From: a virus
Taxonomy: Duplodnaviria > Caudoviricetes
Reading direction: 5' to 3' (one strand)
DNA length: 46,924 nucleotides
Virus record (IMG/VR): IMGVR_UViG_3300036778_000085
Location: 1 to 46,924 of that record
Part shown: positions 46,503 through 46,924 of the stretch, one piece after another
How the letters are laid out: the number at the start of each line of letters is the position of its first letter
Position numbering within the stretch: the stretch's first letter is position 1
Program-made: the position numbers and the translations under genes
Notes under the pieces: generated by a model
The model's database searches: none
Told to the model about the DNA's origin: nothing
The model's input: the letters and a program-made list of their open reading frames with translations, nothing else

Positions 46503-46924
46503 TAGGGTCTCCGAACGGTCAAGGCGCGGATGAGCTCGGCGTTCTGGGCGACCTGCGTCGTCATGATCGCGACGAGGTCGGACATGCCAGGGATCTCGAT
46601 GGGCTTGGCTGCGGCCTCGCCCATTTGGGATTGGAACTCGTCAACGAGTGATTGGGAGTAGGTGACCACGCCCTCGGGCTTGTAGCGCCAATGTTCGGTG
46701 AACTTGGCCGAGATTGCCGCGGCCTCGTCATCGAGCGGGACCATGTCCGGAGTGGGATCGCCGGTGAACTCGATATCGCGCGGCTGACCGTCGCCCTGGC
46801 GCACGATGATCTGGCCGTCTTTATTGTCGGTCGAGCCCCAAGACTCGGTCCAGTCGCCCGGATCGTGGGGGTTGAGGTAGAGTGGGACCGCGAACTTGAC
46901 GCGCTTCGGCCGCCCCGTTGTGCG
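46502..46924 (-). CDS. 3' part of the junction-spanning protein (starts at 330)
   Basis: In frame across the circular join; ends LTVRRP. Confidence 0.75.
   Translation of the reverse strand, partial: RTTGRPKRVKFAVPLYLNPHDPGDWTESWGSTDNKDGQIIVRQGDGQPRDIEFTGDPTPDMVPLDDEAAAISAKFTEHWRYKPEGVVTYSQSLVDEFQSQMGEAAAKPIEIPGMSDLVAIMTTQVAQNAELIRALTVRRP
46670..46924. repeat. Terminal direct repeat (right copy)
   Basis: Matches 1-255 with one mismatch. Confidence 0.95.

Noticed and set aside
1-46924. Diversity-generating retroelement expected from the BPP-1-like head genes
   Set aside because: No reverse transcriptase motif and no template/variable repeat pair seen
1-46924. tRNA, rRNA, integrase or phage RNA polymerase genes
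   Set aside because: No cloverleaf or catalytic motifs recognised by eye; tRNAscan and HMM searches are needed to exclude them formally

Overview
The window is an essentially complete, circularly permuted dsDNA tailed-phage genome of about 46,669 bp: positions 1-255 repeat at 46670-46924 with one mismatch. The virion module is podovirus-type and BPP-1-like (terminase, portal, scaffold, major capsid, cement-like protein, tail tube A/B, ejection proteins, lysis cassette) and lies on the minus strand. The early/replication arm lies on the plus strand (about 11.9-29.3 kb): many small genes, an SF1 helicase, a PD-(D/E)XK nuclease, an AAA NTPase, an SSB, a Nmad1-like protein, a split family-A DNA polymerase with a UDG-like domain, and a DUF3987-like helicase. 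The host is probably a proteobacterium, possibly Alphaproteobacteria (inference). No integrase, RNA polymerase, primase, tRNA, CRISPR array or reverse transcriptase was recognised. The most striking observation is five fibre/spike/decoration-like genes in the structural operon that all begin with Sec signal peptides cleaved before Gln, four with even Cys counts, while no ordinary cytoplasmic tail-fibre gene is visible. This suggests periplasm-matured virion appendages or host-surface effectors. Other notable items: a structured RNA leader behind a consensus promoter, repeated early-region motifs, a candidate origin inverted repeat, a C2H2 zinc finger, and frameshifts in the portal and DUF3987 genes. 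All family assignments come from motif recognition by eye, not database searches.
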